64,000 nt of DNA from Phaeosaccion multiseriatum (taxonomy: Eukaryota; Protista; Ochrophyta, other classes): contig OZ218962.1 of NCBI GenBank assembly GCA_965112735.1, forward strand, positions 434,001 through 498,000, given 5' to 3'. The position numbers and the translations under genes were made by a program. The notes under the pieces were generated by a model. It had not been told where the DNA came from, ran no database searches, and saw nothing but the letters and a program-made list of their open reading frames with translations. This document shows, one piece after another, positions 24,598-36,000 of the stretch (within the stretch, counting starts at the first letter, position 1; the number at the start of each line of letters is the position of its first letter).

Positions 24598-27304
24598 ATG
24601 ATAAAGGTGAGATCTTGCGGGGAGCACCCGCGTTTTTTCCCCTTCTCACTGCTCTAAACGAGCTCTCTTTCTTTCCCTCCCTCCCACTCTTGACTCTTCA
24701 TCGTGCTCATACACAGAGCATCTTCATCATGTCCAAGGCGGGGGAGGTGATGATCGAGAAGCACTACCGGGGCTCCACTACCCGCTCCATGTGCGACTTC
24801 TTCTGGGATGAGGTAGGTTGGGCCCTGGTTAGGGGGGGGGTTGAGATAGGCTGGGTGGGTCGGGTGTTACTGTTTGTTGGATAAGGAGGCGGATCGGGTC
24901 GGCTGTCCCGTCAGTCGATCCTCCCTTCATGATCGGTGATGCAGCTGCTTCTGCGGCTCTTCCCCACTCCGCCACGGGGGCTCTCCCTGGGTCCCGATAT
25001 GCTTGGAGCTCACCTCATTATCACCCCCTCCCCCTCCTCCCCCTGCTGTATCACCAACTGCTTCTCCGCCTTAGGTGGACAAGTACGATCATGAGGACAG
25101 CGTGCCCCCCATCATCCCCTACCGGAGCTTCTTCATCATGAATGTGTTCCGCGGTGGGCTGTACCTGCTCGCCAGCGTGGAGCAAGAGGTGCAGCCCCTC
25201 CTCGTCATTGAGGTATAGAGCCGCGGCACGGGAGTCGAGGGGAGGGGACGGGAGGGGAGTCGAAGGGAGAGGAGGGAGGAGAGACTCGCAGACACACACA
25301 CACACACTCACCCACTCACACACACACACACACAGTTGCTGACTGACTGACTGACTGACTGTCTAGCTGACTGACTGACTGACTGACTGTCATCCTTCCG
25401 TCCTTCCTTCCTGACTGACTGACTGGCGATGGCAGTTCCTCCACCGCGCGCTGGACATCTTCGAGGAGTACTTTGGGGCCGTCAACGAGGTGGTCATCAA
25501 GGAGAACTTCTCCCTCGTCTACCAGGTAGGGGGGCAACACCAACACCACTTCCAGTTTATTTCACCATCTCACTCACTCATTTACTCCCTGCCTCCCTGC
25601 CTCCCTGCCTCCCTCCCTCCCTCCCTCCCTCCCTCCCTCCCTCCCTCCCTCCCTCCCTCCCTCCCTCCCTCCCTCCCTCCCTCCCTCCCTCCCTCCCTCC
25701 CTCCCTTCCCCTCTAGCTCCTGGAGGAGATGGTGGACAATGGGTACCCCATGACCACAGAGCCCAACGCTCTCAAGGCCATGATCACGCCCCCGTCTGTC
25801 ATGGGCCGCATGGTGCAAGCCGCCACGGGCAAGAGCAACGTCTCAGACGTGCTGCCCGACGGGACCATCAGGTGGGTGACTTGGTGATACAGGGGTGGGG
25901 TGGGTTGGGTTGGCTGGGGAGGTGGGAGGTGGAGAGGTGGAGGTGGGGAGGTGTGTGGGTGTTAGGGGAGTGGGTGAGTGGGTGAGTGGGTTGGGTGTTT
26001 GTGTAGGTGGTCTTTTTTGTCCCCACGTTCGTCTCTTCCTCGTCCCTCCCCCCCCCCCCTCATCAGCTCCATGCCCTGGCGCAAGGCCGGGGTGAAGTAC
26101 ACGAACAACGAGATTTATCTTGACGTGGTGGAGGAGGTGGATGCAATCGTCGCCGCCAACGGACAGGTCAGGCACACGTTTGGGTATGCAGGCATATGGG
26201 TATGCAAGCATATGGTTGCGCAGGCTGGAGGCACTCCTCCTCCTCCTTCTCCTCCTCCTCCTCCCCCTCCTCCTCCTCCTCCTCCTCCTCCTCCTCCTCC
26301 TCCTCCTCCTCCTCCTCCTCCTCCTCCTCCTCATCCCCCTCCTCCTTCTCCTCCTCCTCCTCCTCCTCCTCCTCCTCCTCCTCCTCCTCCTCCTCCTCCT
26401 CCTCTCAGGTGGTGTCCTCGGAGGTATCTGGGAGCATACAGGCGGTGTCTCGCCTCTCTGGCGTGCCGGACATGCTGCTGAGCTTCCAGGACCCGTCCCT
26501 CATTGACGATTGCTCCTTCCACCCATGTGTGAGGTACAGCCGCTTCGAGAGGGTGAGTGAGTGAGCGAGGGAGGTAGGGAGGGAGTGAGCGAATGAGTGG
26601 AAGGAGGGAGTGTATTTCTGCTCAGGAGCAGTCTGTACCTCGTGTCTGCTTTATCCCACCTCACACCCCCTCCCCTCCCTTCCTCCCACTCCGCCCCGGT
26701 GACTGACTCTGTGACTCTGTGACTGTGTGACTGTGTGACTGTGTGACTGTGTGACTGTGGCTGTACCTCAGGACCGAGTAGTGAGCTTCGTCCCTCCCGA
26801 CGGAGCCTTCGAGCTGATGCGGTATCGGGTGCAGACCAGAGACGTTGTGATACCCCCCATTTACTGCACCCCGACGGTACGAGTGTGTGTGTGCGTGTGT
26901 GTATGTGCATGGGTGTGTGTGTGTGGGTGGGTGTGGGTGTGCTCCTCCTCTCATCCTCCTCCTCCTCCTCCTCCTCCTCCTCCTCCTCCTCCATCCCCCC
27001 CCCCCTTTCCTCCTCAACTCGGAAACCTCTGTTCGTCGGTCGCAGATCTCCTTCGAGGACGAATACAACACCAAGCAGGGGCACATCCACATCAACGTTG
27101 GGTCCCGCCCCAACAGCAGCCTGGTCCTGCCCAGTAAGAAGAGCAGCTTGTTGGTGGAGGAGGTGGCCGTGGTGATCCGCTTCCCCAAGGCGGTGAGGAC
27201 TGCAAACCTCAAGGCCAGCGTCGGTACTGTGCTCTTCGACGAGTCGACGAAGGTTGGTGCGGGTGGGTGGGTGGGTGGGTGAGGGTGAGGAGAGAGAGAG
27301 AGAC

Positions 27305-27357
<53 letters not shown>

Positions 27358-27781
27358 GAGAGACAGAGAGAGAGATAGAGAGAGAGACAGAGAGAGATAG
27401 AGCTGCACTCGCACGTCGTCGACCAAAGGCACGCACCCGGCCATAGAAAAGTACATGAGAGTCCCTCATCCTCCTGTCCATGCCCTATCATGCCCCCTCC
27501 AACCCCTCCTCCTTGGTGTCCATATCACATACTCACAGCTGGCAACTTGGAGCATCGGCAAGCTGCTGAAGGACAAGATGCCTCAGCTGACAGGCACCCT
27601 CCTCCTGCAGGGCCCCAAGCCGGAGGAGGCACCGCCCATCGAGCTGCGGTGGAAGGCGGCGCAGACCTCGGTGTCAGGACTGGCAGTGAGCACTCTACAG
27701 CTTGCCAATGAGAAGTACCGCCCGTATAAGGGGGTGAGGAAGATGGTCAAGTCGGGCAACTTCCAAGTGCGATCTGGTTAG
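24598..27781 (+). CDS. AP3M: Adaptor protein complex AP-3 mu subunit, multi-exon
   Basis: A 9-nt first exon gives 'MIK|SIFIMSKAGEVMIEKHYRG'. Later: 'IKENFSLVYQLLEEMVDNGYPMTTEPNALK', 'MPWRKAGVKYTNNEIYLDVVEE', 'DDCSFHPCVRY', 'VSFVPPDGAFELM', 'KYRPYKGVR...FQVRSG*'. Confidence 0.95.
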
Positions 27782-28155
27782 GCGTCGGGCAGAGTAGAGG
27801 TGTATGGGGAGGGTAGAGGTGTCTGGCCAGTCTGGCCAGGCCAGGGTGCAGCATTGTAAGCAGTGTGGTGCAGTGGTCTGCTGAGACGAAGCGATACGTG
27901 CCGTGTACATCATAATATCCTCTTTTCTTCTCTTCCATTCCTTTTAAAATAGTCTCTTTCGAATATCCTCATATCCTGCATGAAGATGCATGCCAGCATG
28001 CTACGATAGCTTCGCTCTCTTCTACTTCTCTGTGAAGAGGAAAATCAAGCTTAATACAAGGCCACTCAATCTCTTTCTTTTCAGATACCACTATCTCCCC
28101 TCTCCCCTCTCCTCTTTCCCTCCCATGTGCTGCCTCCCCTCCCCTTCCTAACGGC

Positions 28156-29676
28156 CTATGGTACGCTCCCGAAGATCCGCTCAATGTTGGCGTCCTGAGT
28201 GGCGGTCAGAGCCCGAGCCGCATCGGCCCTTGCCCGTTCCAGCGGTGACAATGCCTTCTCCACCTTCTCCTCCTTCACCTCCTCTTCCTCTTCCTCCTCC
28301 ACCTCCATCTCATCCCCCTCCTCCTCGAGCTGCCCTCTTTCCTGCAGCCGCTGCGCTCCTCTATCGCCCCTTCGCGCCCCAAGCGCTTTGCTCTGCAAAT
28401 CTGGTGGTGTGGACGGAGGCCCTCGTCCTCCTCCTCCTGCTGCTCCTCCTCCTCCTCCTTCTGTCGCATCCTTCGTATTACCAACAACTGCAGCAGCAGT
28501 GGCAGTGACGGCCCGTGAAGACACACTCCGACGACTGCCAGTTGATGGACCCGCCTCCTTGTCCTCTCGATTTCCCCCCCCTCCTCTGCCTCCGGGGCTA
28601 GGAATGAGAGCCTTCGAGTCCTTTCTTTGGAGCACCTCCTCGGCTGCCGTTTCCTGCCTTTTGAGCATCTCCACTGCCACCGCTGCCTTCGCTTGCTCCA
28701 GGGAAAGCCGCGAAGGAGCAGCACCAGCGCTCTTGCCCTTGCGCTTGCGCTTGCTCTTGTCCCCACTCTCTTGGGACTTCTCTTCCTCCTGAAGGGCATT
28801 GCACTGTGCTGCCGGACCTTCCGATGATGCAGCACCACTTTCATCCTTGACAGTCGCAACCGAGTTTCCATGTCTGCTCCGTCGCTCAACGGCACGATTC
28901 CCTCTTCCACCACTACTCCTGCGACTTTCGCCCCCCTCTTCTTCCTCTCCGTCGTGTTGGTCTGCTTCCTTCCTCTTGTCCCTTCCTCCTTTACCTCCGG
29001 GGCTCGGGCTAAGAGCCCTTACGTCTATTCGTTGGAGCACCTCAGCCGCTGCCGCGTCCTGTCTCTGGCGCATCTCCACCGCCACCGCGGCCTTCACCTG
29101 CTCGAGGGAAAGCCGCGCAGGAGCAGCACCAGCGGGCTTGCCCTTGCCCTCTACCTCTGGGGACTTTTTCTCCTCCTCCAGACCATTTTGCCCTACAGGC
29201 ACGCCTTCCGATGCGGCAGCATCCTTCTTCGTTCCATCCTCACCACCACTTCCGCCCTTGACAACCGAACTTCCACTCCGCATCGCAATGGCCCGTCTCA
29301 CCCTTCCACCACTCCTGTGACCCTCGTCCTCATGTCGCTCTTCTCTGCTGTCGTGTTGAACTGCGTTTAGTCTCTGCACTGCCCCCTTGTCAAGCCCCTC
29401 TCCGGATTTTTTATCCCCCGCACCCACACTTCCTTTACCTCCGCCCCTCTTTTTCCCACTCAGCTGTAGCTCCTGCTGCTCTCTAAGCCTGTCGGCTGCT
29501 TCTCGCTTCGCATCCTCAAGCACAGACTGACGCGGTCTCTTCGCTCCTCCACCGCCATCTCCTTCCTCCCCTCTTTCTCTGGCAGCCTCATCTTCACCCT
29601 CTTCTCTTCCTCTCTTGCGGCTACCTCTCCTGCTTACTGGAGTCATGGAGGATCGATGGCGTTCTCTTTCTCTCAA
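28156..29676 (-). CDS. Hypothetical low-complexity protein with an internal duplication
   Basis: ~500-aa open frame (start uncertain) with two copies of 'RLSLEQ.KAAVAVEM..RQ..AA.EVLQR.D..AL.PSPGG.GG'. Confidence 0.55.
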   Translation of the reverse strand: MRERERHRSSMTPVSRRGSRKRGREEGEDEAARERGEEGDGGGGAKRPRQSVLEDAKREAADRLREQQELQLSGKKRGGGKGSVGAGDKKSGEGLDKGAVQRLNAVQHDSREERHEDEGHRSGGRVRRAIAMRSGSSVVKGGSGGEDGTKKDAAASEGVPVGQNGLEEEKKSPEVEGKGKPAGAAPARLSLEQVKAAVAVEMRQRQDAAAAEVLQRIDVRALSPSPGGKGGRDKRKEADQHDGEEEEGGESRRSSGGRGNRAVERRSRHGNSVATVKDESGAASSEGPAAQCNALQEEEKSQESGDKSKRKRKGKSAGAAPSRLSLEQAKAAVAVEMLKRQETAAEEVLQRKDSKALIPSPGGRGGGGNREDKEAGPSTGSRRSVSSRAVTATAAAVVGNTKDATEGGGGGAAGGGGRGPPSTPPDLQSKALGARRGDRGAQRLQERGQLEEEGDEMEVEEEEEEEVKEEKVEKALSPLERARADAARALTATQDANIERIFGSVP

Positions 29677-30025
29677 CTCTCAACCTTGAGCGTTTAGAAA
29701 ATGGCAACGGATGCACGTTGTGGTGGTACGATTGTATAGCGTCGCCATTTGACCCCTTCTGGCCGACTTGCTTCTGTTTATATACATACGCTTGCCTGTC
29801 ACGCAAGCAAGCAATGTAGCAAATGTGTCTCACTCCTTTCTTTACAAGCCTTCCCTTTGTATTTACATTACGCGCTATACAAGCCTCACTTCCCTCATGG
29901 ACAAAACCGTATCAGGCAGCTTCGAGCACATGGACAGTACCGTACCAGGCGGCTTCAAGCACACCCACAAATAAACACACTGTTGGCAAGCGGAACCCGT
30001 GGTGCTTGCCACATCCCTCCCTCCC

Positions 30026-33000
30026 TCAGGGCAGCAGCCCCTCCTGCTCCAGAAGCACCCCTCGGATGGTACTCAATGTCAGCCCTTCCCTCGGGTGCGC
30101 CCCTCTGCCCAGCAGCTTCTGAACATCTTCCTCCATAAGCTGCGGCTGTGTGGCAGGAGTCATGACGAAACCCTCCTCGTCCTCCTCATCCTCCTCGTCG
30201 TCGTCCTCCTCGTCCTCGTCTTCTCTTTCTTGCTCCCCTCCGTCCCCACTGCCCTCATCGCTGCCCCTTGCTGCAGCATCATCGTTCGGCTGCTCGCACT
30301 CCTCATCCTCCTCCTCGTCCTCGTCGTTCACTTCTCTCCTCGCCGCCGCTGCCGCCGCCCCTGCTCCTCCTCCTCCTCCTCCTCCTCCTCCTGCTGCTGC
30401 TGCTGCTGCGGCTGCACTGCTCATCGCCAAGGAAGACGATTCAGCACAATCCTTTCCCTTCCCTTTCCCCTTCCCCTTCCCCTTCGTCTTTCCTGTTGCC
30501 GCTGCCGCTGCCCCCCGAGCCGCCGCTGTAACTGCCTCTGTAACCGCCCCTGTAACCGCCCCTGCCGTCGGACCCGTCGGAACCGTCGGAACCGTCGGCA
30601 CGCAGTGCTCGAGCCCCCCGCACTCGTGAATGTACTCCAAGATTTGGCTCTTTTCAAAGTAGTCGATGAGCAGCTGCCCGTCTCTGACCCGCTTGAGCGA
30701 AGGGCGGCAGTAGAACCAGTCCACAAGCCCAGTGCCCGGTTTGATGGTCCAGCCGTGGCTCTCCAGCACACTCCAGCATTCGTCAAAATCGAGGGGGGGT
30801 GCGCGGGGGCAGGAGGAAGAGGTCGTGGAGGAGGGTGGTAGGTGGGATGAAGAGGAGGGCAGAGAGGAGGAGGAGGAGGAGGGCGAGCGGGGAGAGCGGG
30901 GAGAGGAGGTGCGGCGCCGACCACCAGCAGGCGAAGGCGCCGAAGACGAAGATGAAGATACAGAAGGCGATGGCACCTTGTGGCAGCGGCGGGGAGTGGG
31001 CAGCGGCGAAGGGGGCACGGGGCTCCGCTTGCTCTTCTTCCCGACATCACGTACTGCTGCTGTACCACCAACTCCTGCATCGCCTCTTGATCCATCCGAG
31101 CCACACGCCTCGAAGGAAATTCGCTTGCCCTTGCTCTTGGTCTTGGCCTTGGGTGCCTGCTTCGTCTGTTCGGGTGTCGCCTTCGGTGTCTGGTGTTGTT
31201 GGTTCTTCTGGCAGCATCGACAGACTGAGCTATCGCCACCAAGACCACCTCCGGGTCCAATCGCTTCGCACTCCTCCGCCCTTTCCTCCTCTCGCCGCCT
31301 CTGCCTCTGCCTCTGCCGCTGCTGGGCCTCCTTCTCCTGCATCTTTTTCGAGGCCTTTCTCCGTCTCACCCTCTCCTCCTCGCGCTCCTCCTCCTCTTCC
31401 TGCTGCCGCAGCAATCTATCTTCCTCTTCCCGCTCCTTCCTCCTCTTCTCGTCCCTAATTGCTCGCTTCTTCTTCCTCCTCTCCTCCTCCGCCGCCTCCG
31501 CCTCCTCCTCCTCTTCTTCCTCCTCCTCTCTCCTCCTGACCCTTTCCTCCTTCCTCCTCCTCGTCCTCTCCTCCTCCACCTCCCTCTTCCTCCTCTTGTC
31601 CTCCTCCCCCGCACGTGCCTCAAACATCCTGCTCAATCGAGGCGTGTCCACCACATGCTGTAGGAACACCTCTTCCCCATAGAACATTGTCGACCCCTCC
31701 ACAGTGGCCTTTCGAGGCACCGAAGTAGGGTAGAAGCAATTGCCCTCCCTCAGTCCGCCTGCCACCATGTACCTATAGCTGCTCTCCTTGGCGACGGCCG
31801 CCACTCCCAGGACGTCACGGAGGTAGCGCTTGAGTTCGCCCTTCGACACCGCACACTTTGCGCGTCTCTCCTCTTCTTCCTCCTCCTCCTCCTCCTCCTC
31901 CTCCTCCTCCTCCTCCTCCTCCTCCTCCTCCTCCTCCTCCTCCTCCTCCTCCTCGCTGTCTCGCTCTATTTGTTTTGCCTTGGGGCGTTTGGCCTTCCGT
32001 CGTTTCCTGCCCTTGCCCTTAGCTCTTCCTCCCTCCTCCTCCTCATCCTCTCCCTCCTCATCCTCCTCCTCCTCCTCCTCCTCCTCCTCCTCCTCCTCCT
32101 GCTCAAACACTCTCCATGTATTGACCTTCCTCTTTCTCTTGCTGCCACTTCTTCTGCCGTCTCCACACGCGACTTCAGCGACCTCACCCTCACCCCCACG
32201 CACGCTGCTGCTGCCGCCTACCCCCCTCCTCGACCCGAAAGCCACACCAGCGCCTTTCCCCACCCTCTTCTTGCTCCTACCGCTGCTGGTGGTGGTGGTG
32301 GAGGCCTTGCCCTCGGCCTCGTCCCCATCCCTCTCGCGGCCCTTTGCACTCCCATCCTTTCTCCTGCCTTCCTCCACGTGTTTGGCAACAGTCACCTGCC
32401 TCACCTGCCTCACTACAGCGCCAGCCCCAGCCTTGGTAGGACTGTACTTCTGAGGACCGTTCTTCGAACGCTTCTTTTGATCACTTGCTTTTCCTTTGCC
32501 ACGCAACGGCGATGCCTTGCTGCCTGCCGGCTCTACCCCCTCGGGTCTCTTGCTGCCCCCCCCCCCGTGTGCCAATGGCGCTGCCCCCCCGGGTATCTCC
32601 GACAGCCAGGGGTCTTTCCCTCCCCCCTGCCCCTTCTCCTCCCCTTCCCCTCCCTCCTCGCTCAACCACCCCGAATCGGAGTCCCGCACAGCTCCTGAGA
32701 GAGCTTCCTCCGCCTGCGCCTGCTGCCCCCCCTGCTGGTGTATCACCAACTCTTGCTCTTGGCGCCTCACCGCAGCTAACACCTCATCCATCGAGTAGAA
32801 GTAGTCCGTCCCCCTCACCAGCGTTCTTCCCAGCGCCTTCGCTTTGCCTTTGCCCTTACTGCCACCAGTGCTGCGTTTGGTGCCCTTGTTGGTGCTACAG
32901 TCAGTCTCACAGTTGGGGCGATAGTACACCCAGGTCACAAGCCCCGTTCCCTTTCGACACGTCCACCCCTGGGCCTTGAGGTCCTGCCAAGAGTACTTGA

Positions 33001-36000
33001 AGCGCCTCAGGTGTTTGACCTTGCTCGTATCCACATCCACATATCCACTCCAGCCTTTCTTCTTCTTGCCATTTGCTGCACCTGCTGTATCACCAACTTG
33101 CCCTCCCTTCTCCTCCTCCTCTTCCTCCTCATCCCGCATTGTCCACATACCCTCTTGGGAGTACTCCTCCCCATCCTGCTCCACCTGTCTGTCGTTGCCC
33201 CCACCCGCCCCCCCTTCTTCTTCCTCCTCCTCATCCTCATCGTTCTCCTCCTTCTCCTCCTCCTCCTCCTGCTGCTGCTCCTCCCCCTCCTCTACGCCCC
33301 CAGCGCACCATTTCTTCCTCCTCCTGCTACTACCACTGCCACCTGTGCTTGTACCGCTGGTGGTGGTTGTGGTCGTATTGGTGGTATACGCGGCCGAGGG
33401 CATGAGGCCAAAATCTGTGAGCTCCCTTACCACTTGGCTGCTGATGTGGGGACGAGCCTCGCGCGATATGAGCGGCTTCTTGGGGCTGCCTCTCCTCTTC
33501 CTCCTGTCCTTGAAAGGGGACTCAATCATCTTCTTTGCCTGCTTTGGCTGTTTGATCTGTCGCAAAGGAATGGGCATAAGAGTACATAAGGTCGCGAGAG
33601 GACATACATTAGAAGGCGCCCCAAGTGGAAAGGAGGACAGGGGTGGGAAGAGAGGGGAGGAGAGAGGAGAGAGGAGGGATAGGAGAGAGGAGGAGGAGGG
33701 GGAAGGAGAAGGGACGAGAAGAGAGATTGGAGGAGGGGAGAGAAGAGAGAGGAGGGGCGAGGAGAGAGAGAGGACGTAGGAGAGAGGACACAGGAGTGCC
33801 CGTTCTGTCCGAAGCGCTCTAAGCCAATCCCACCTTCTGTCCTGCCCCTGCTCCTGCTGCGTCGCCAGCTGCTCCTGCTCCTACTCCTGCGTGTCCTGGA
33901 GCTTGCTCCTTGCGCGCTGCAGCTGCCCCTCCTACCATATCACCAACTGCTGCCCGTCCCGATGCCTCGCCCGCTGCCAGATCGCGTCTCTGCCCTCCGC
34001 CAGGCCCAGACCCAAGCAAGCCTCTCTTTCGCGGATGGCCGTTCTTGTTCCCTGTCCTCTTGTGCCCTGCCTCACCCTCCTCCTCCCCCCCTTGATGACG
34101 ATGATTCTTCCCTGCCCGCCTGTTCCCTGCATTACCTCCTCCCCCCCGCCCTTCCCCCTCCCCTTCATCCTCTGAACCGGAGTCCTCAACAATCTTCTTC
34201 CTCCTCCTCTTCCTTGTGACTCTTCCCCCCTCTCCCCCCTCTCCCCCCTCTCGCCCCCCTCGCCCCCCTCGCTCCTCTCGCAACCCCCCCCTCTTTCTCT
34301 GCTCATCGTCCACAGCTCTTGTATCCTCCTCCTCTCTCTGCTCATCGTCTACAGCTCTTGTATCCTCCTCCTCCTCTTCCTCCTCCTCCTCCTCCTCCTC
34401 TTGCGTGTCTAGAATGATCTGCATGTAGCCTCTCCCCCCACCCTTTGTACTCCCCCTCTTGTTCCTTTCACCTCTGTCGCTCTTTCCTGCTCCGTTCTTC
34501 ACGCCTTTACTGCTACCCACCGACCTCTTGCCCTTCTTCCTGCCTTTCAGAGTCCCCCCCACTCCCCCCCCTTCATCAGCAAAGAGAGGGACCGAAGAAG
34601 GCTGCCCAGCTTCCTCTTCGGACGAGGAGGATTCTTCGGACGGCACTTCCTCCTGCTCTCCTTCTCCATCACGGATTCTCATCCTTTCGCTGTCCTGCCC
34701 CTCACTGTGGGACTGAGATTGCTTCTCCGCTCTCTGCCTCTTGCGCAGATCGTTCTTCACCATCGCCATCATCTTTCTCATAGACTCCGCTCTCCTCTTT
34801 GCCTCCTGTTCTTTCCTCTCCTCCTCCTCTACCTCCTCCTCCTCTAGCTCCTCCTCCCTCCTTCCCTCCTCCTCCTCCTCCTCCTCCTCCTCCTCCTCCT
34901 CCTCCTCCTCCTCCTCCTCCTCCTCCTCCTCCGCCCCCCCTCTCCATCGTTCTCCGTCCTTCAGTCCCTCCCTGAGCGCAGCCCTCCCTTCTTTCGAGAG
35001 CTTCTTCGCCTCCTTCAAGAGCCTCTTTTCCTGCTCAAGGGCCTTCTCTTTGCTCGACTTTCCGGGCAATGGCGTAGCAGCAGCAGCACCTCCAGCAGCA
35101 CCTCCAGCAGCAGCAGTTGGTGATACAGCAGCAGTACCAGAAGCAGTTGGTGATGCACCCCTTGCATGCTTTGCAGAGGCGGTGGTGGCGGTCGTCGCCG
35201 CAGTGGTGGTGCTGGTGGGTGACAGCCAACGACCGTGGATGGCAGCAGGCGCGCTGTGCGTACGGCCCTTCGCTTGCAGGCACTGAGCCTGAGGCGGCGC
35301 TCCTCCTCCTCCCCTCTGGAGGACGGGGAGAGTCTTCAACAAGAGCTTCTCCTGCTGTTGCTGTCTCACAAACTGCTGCTGGTGCTGCTGTTGCTCCTGA
35401 TGCCCTGGGCGCAAGAGTGCTTTTCGCTGCTTGGCGCTGCTTTCTGATCCCCACTGGGTCTTCTCTTCGTCTCCGAAAGCCTCCTCCCCCTCCTCCCCCT
35501 CCTCCTGCTCCTCATCTCCTTCTCCCCCCCCACCCCCCTGCCCTTGTCCATCCCCCTCCCCATCCGACGACGAAGATGAGTCCTCGACAGTTGCCGCTGT
35601 GGATTGGCCATCACTCTCGCTCTCACTCCCCCCTTCCTCTTCCTCCTCTTCCCCTTGCTCTGGTACCCCATTCTCCTCCTCTTTCCCCTGCAAGACCTGC
35701 TGCTCCTTGTGATGCTTCTCTTGTCGCTGCCTCTCTCTCTTCTGCTCCACCTCAGCCGGGGTGGGAGAGGGTGAAGCACCCTGCATCGGCCTCACAGAAA
35801 TGTCCATATCACCATCCTCGACAGGAGCTCCAACCTCGTCCTCTACATTGGCCATCTCCGCACTCGGAGCAGCGGTAGCACCAGCAGCAGCAGCAGTTGG
35901 TGATACAGCAATAGCGGTAGCGGTAGCAGTAGCAGTAGCAGTAGCAGTAGCAGTAGCAGTGGTAGTAACAGTGGCAGCAGTAGCAGCAACACCAATACCC

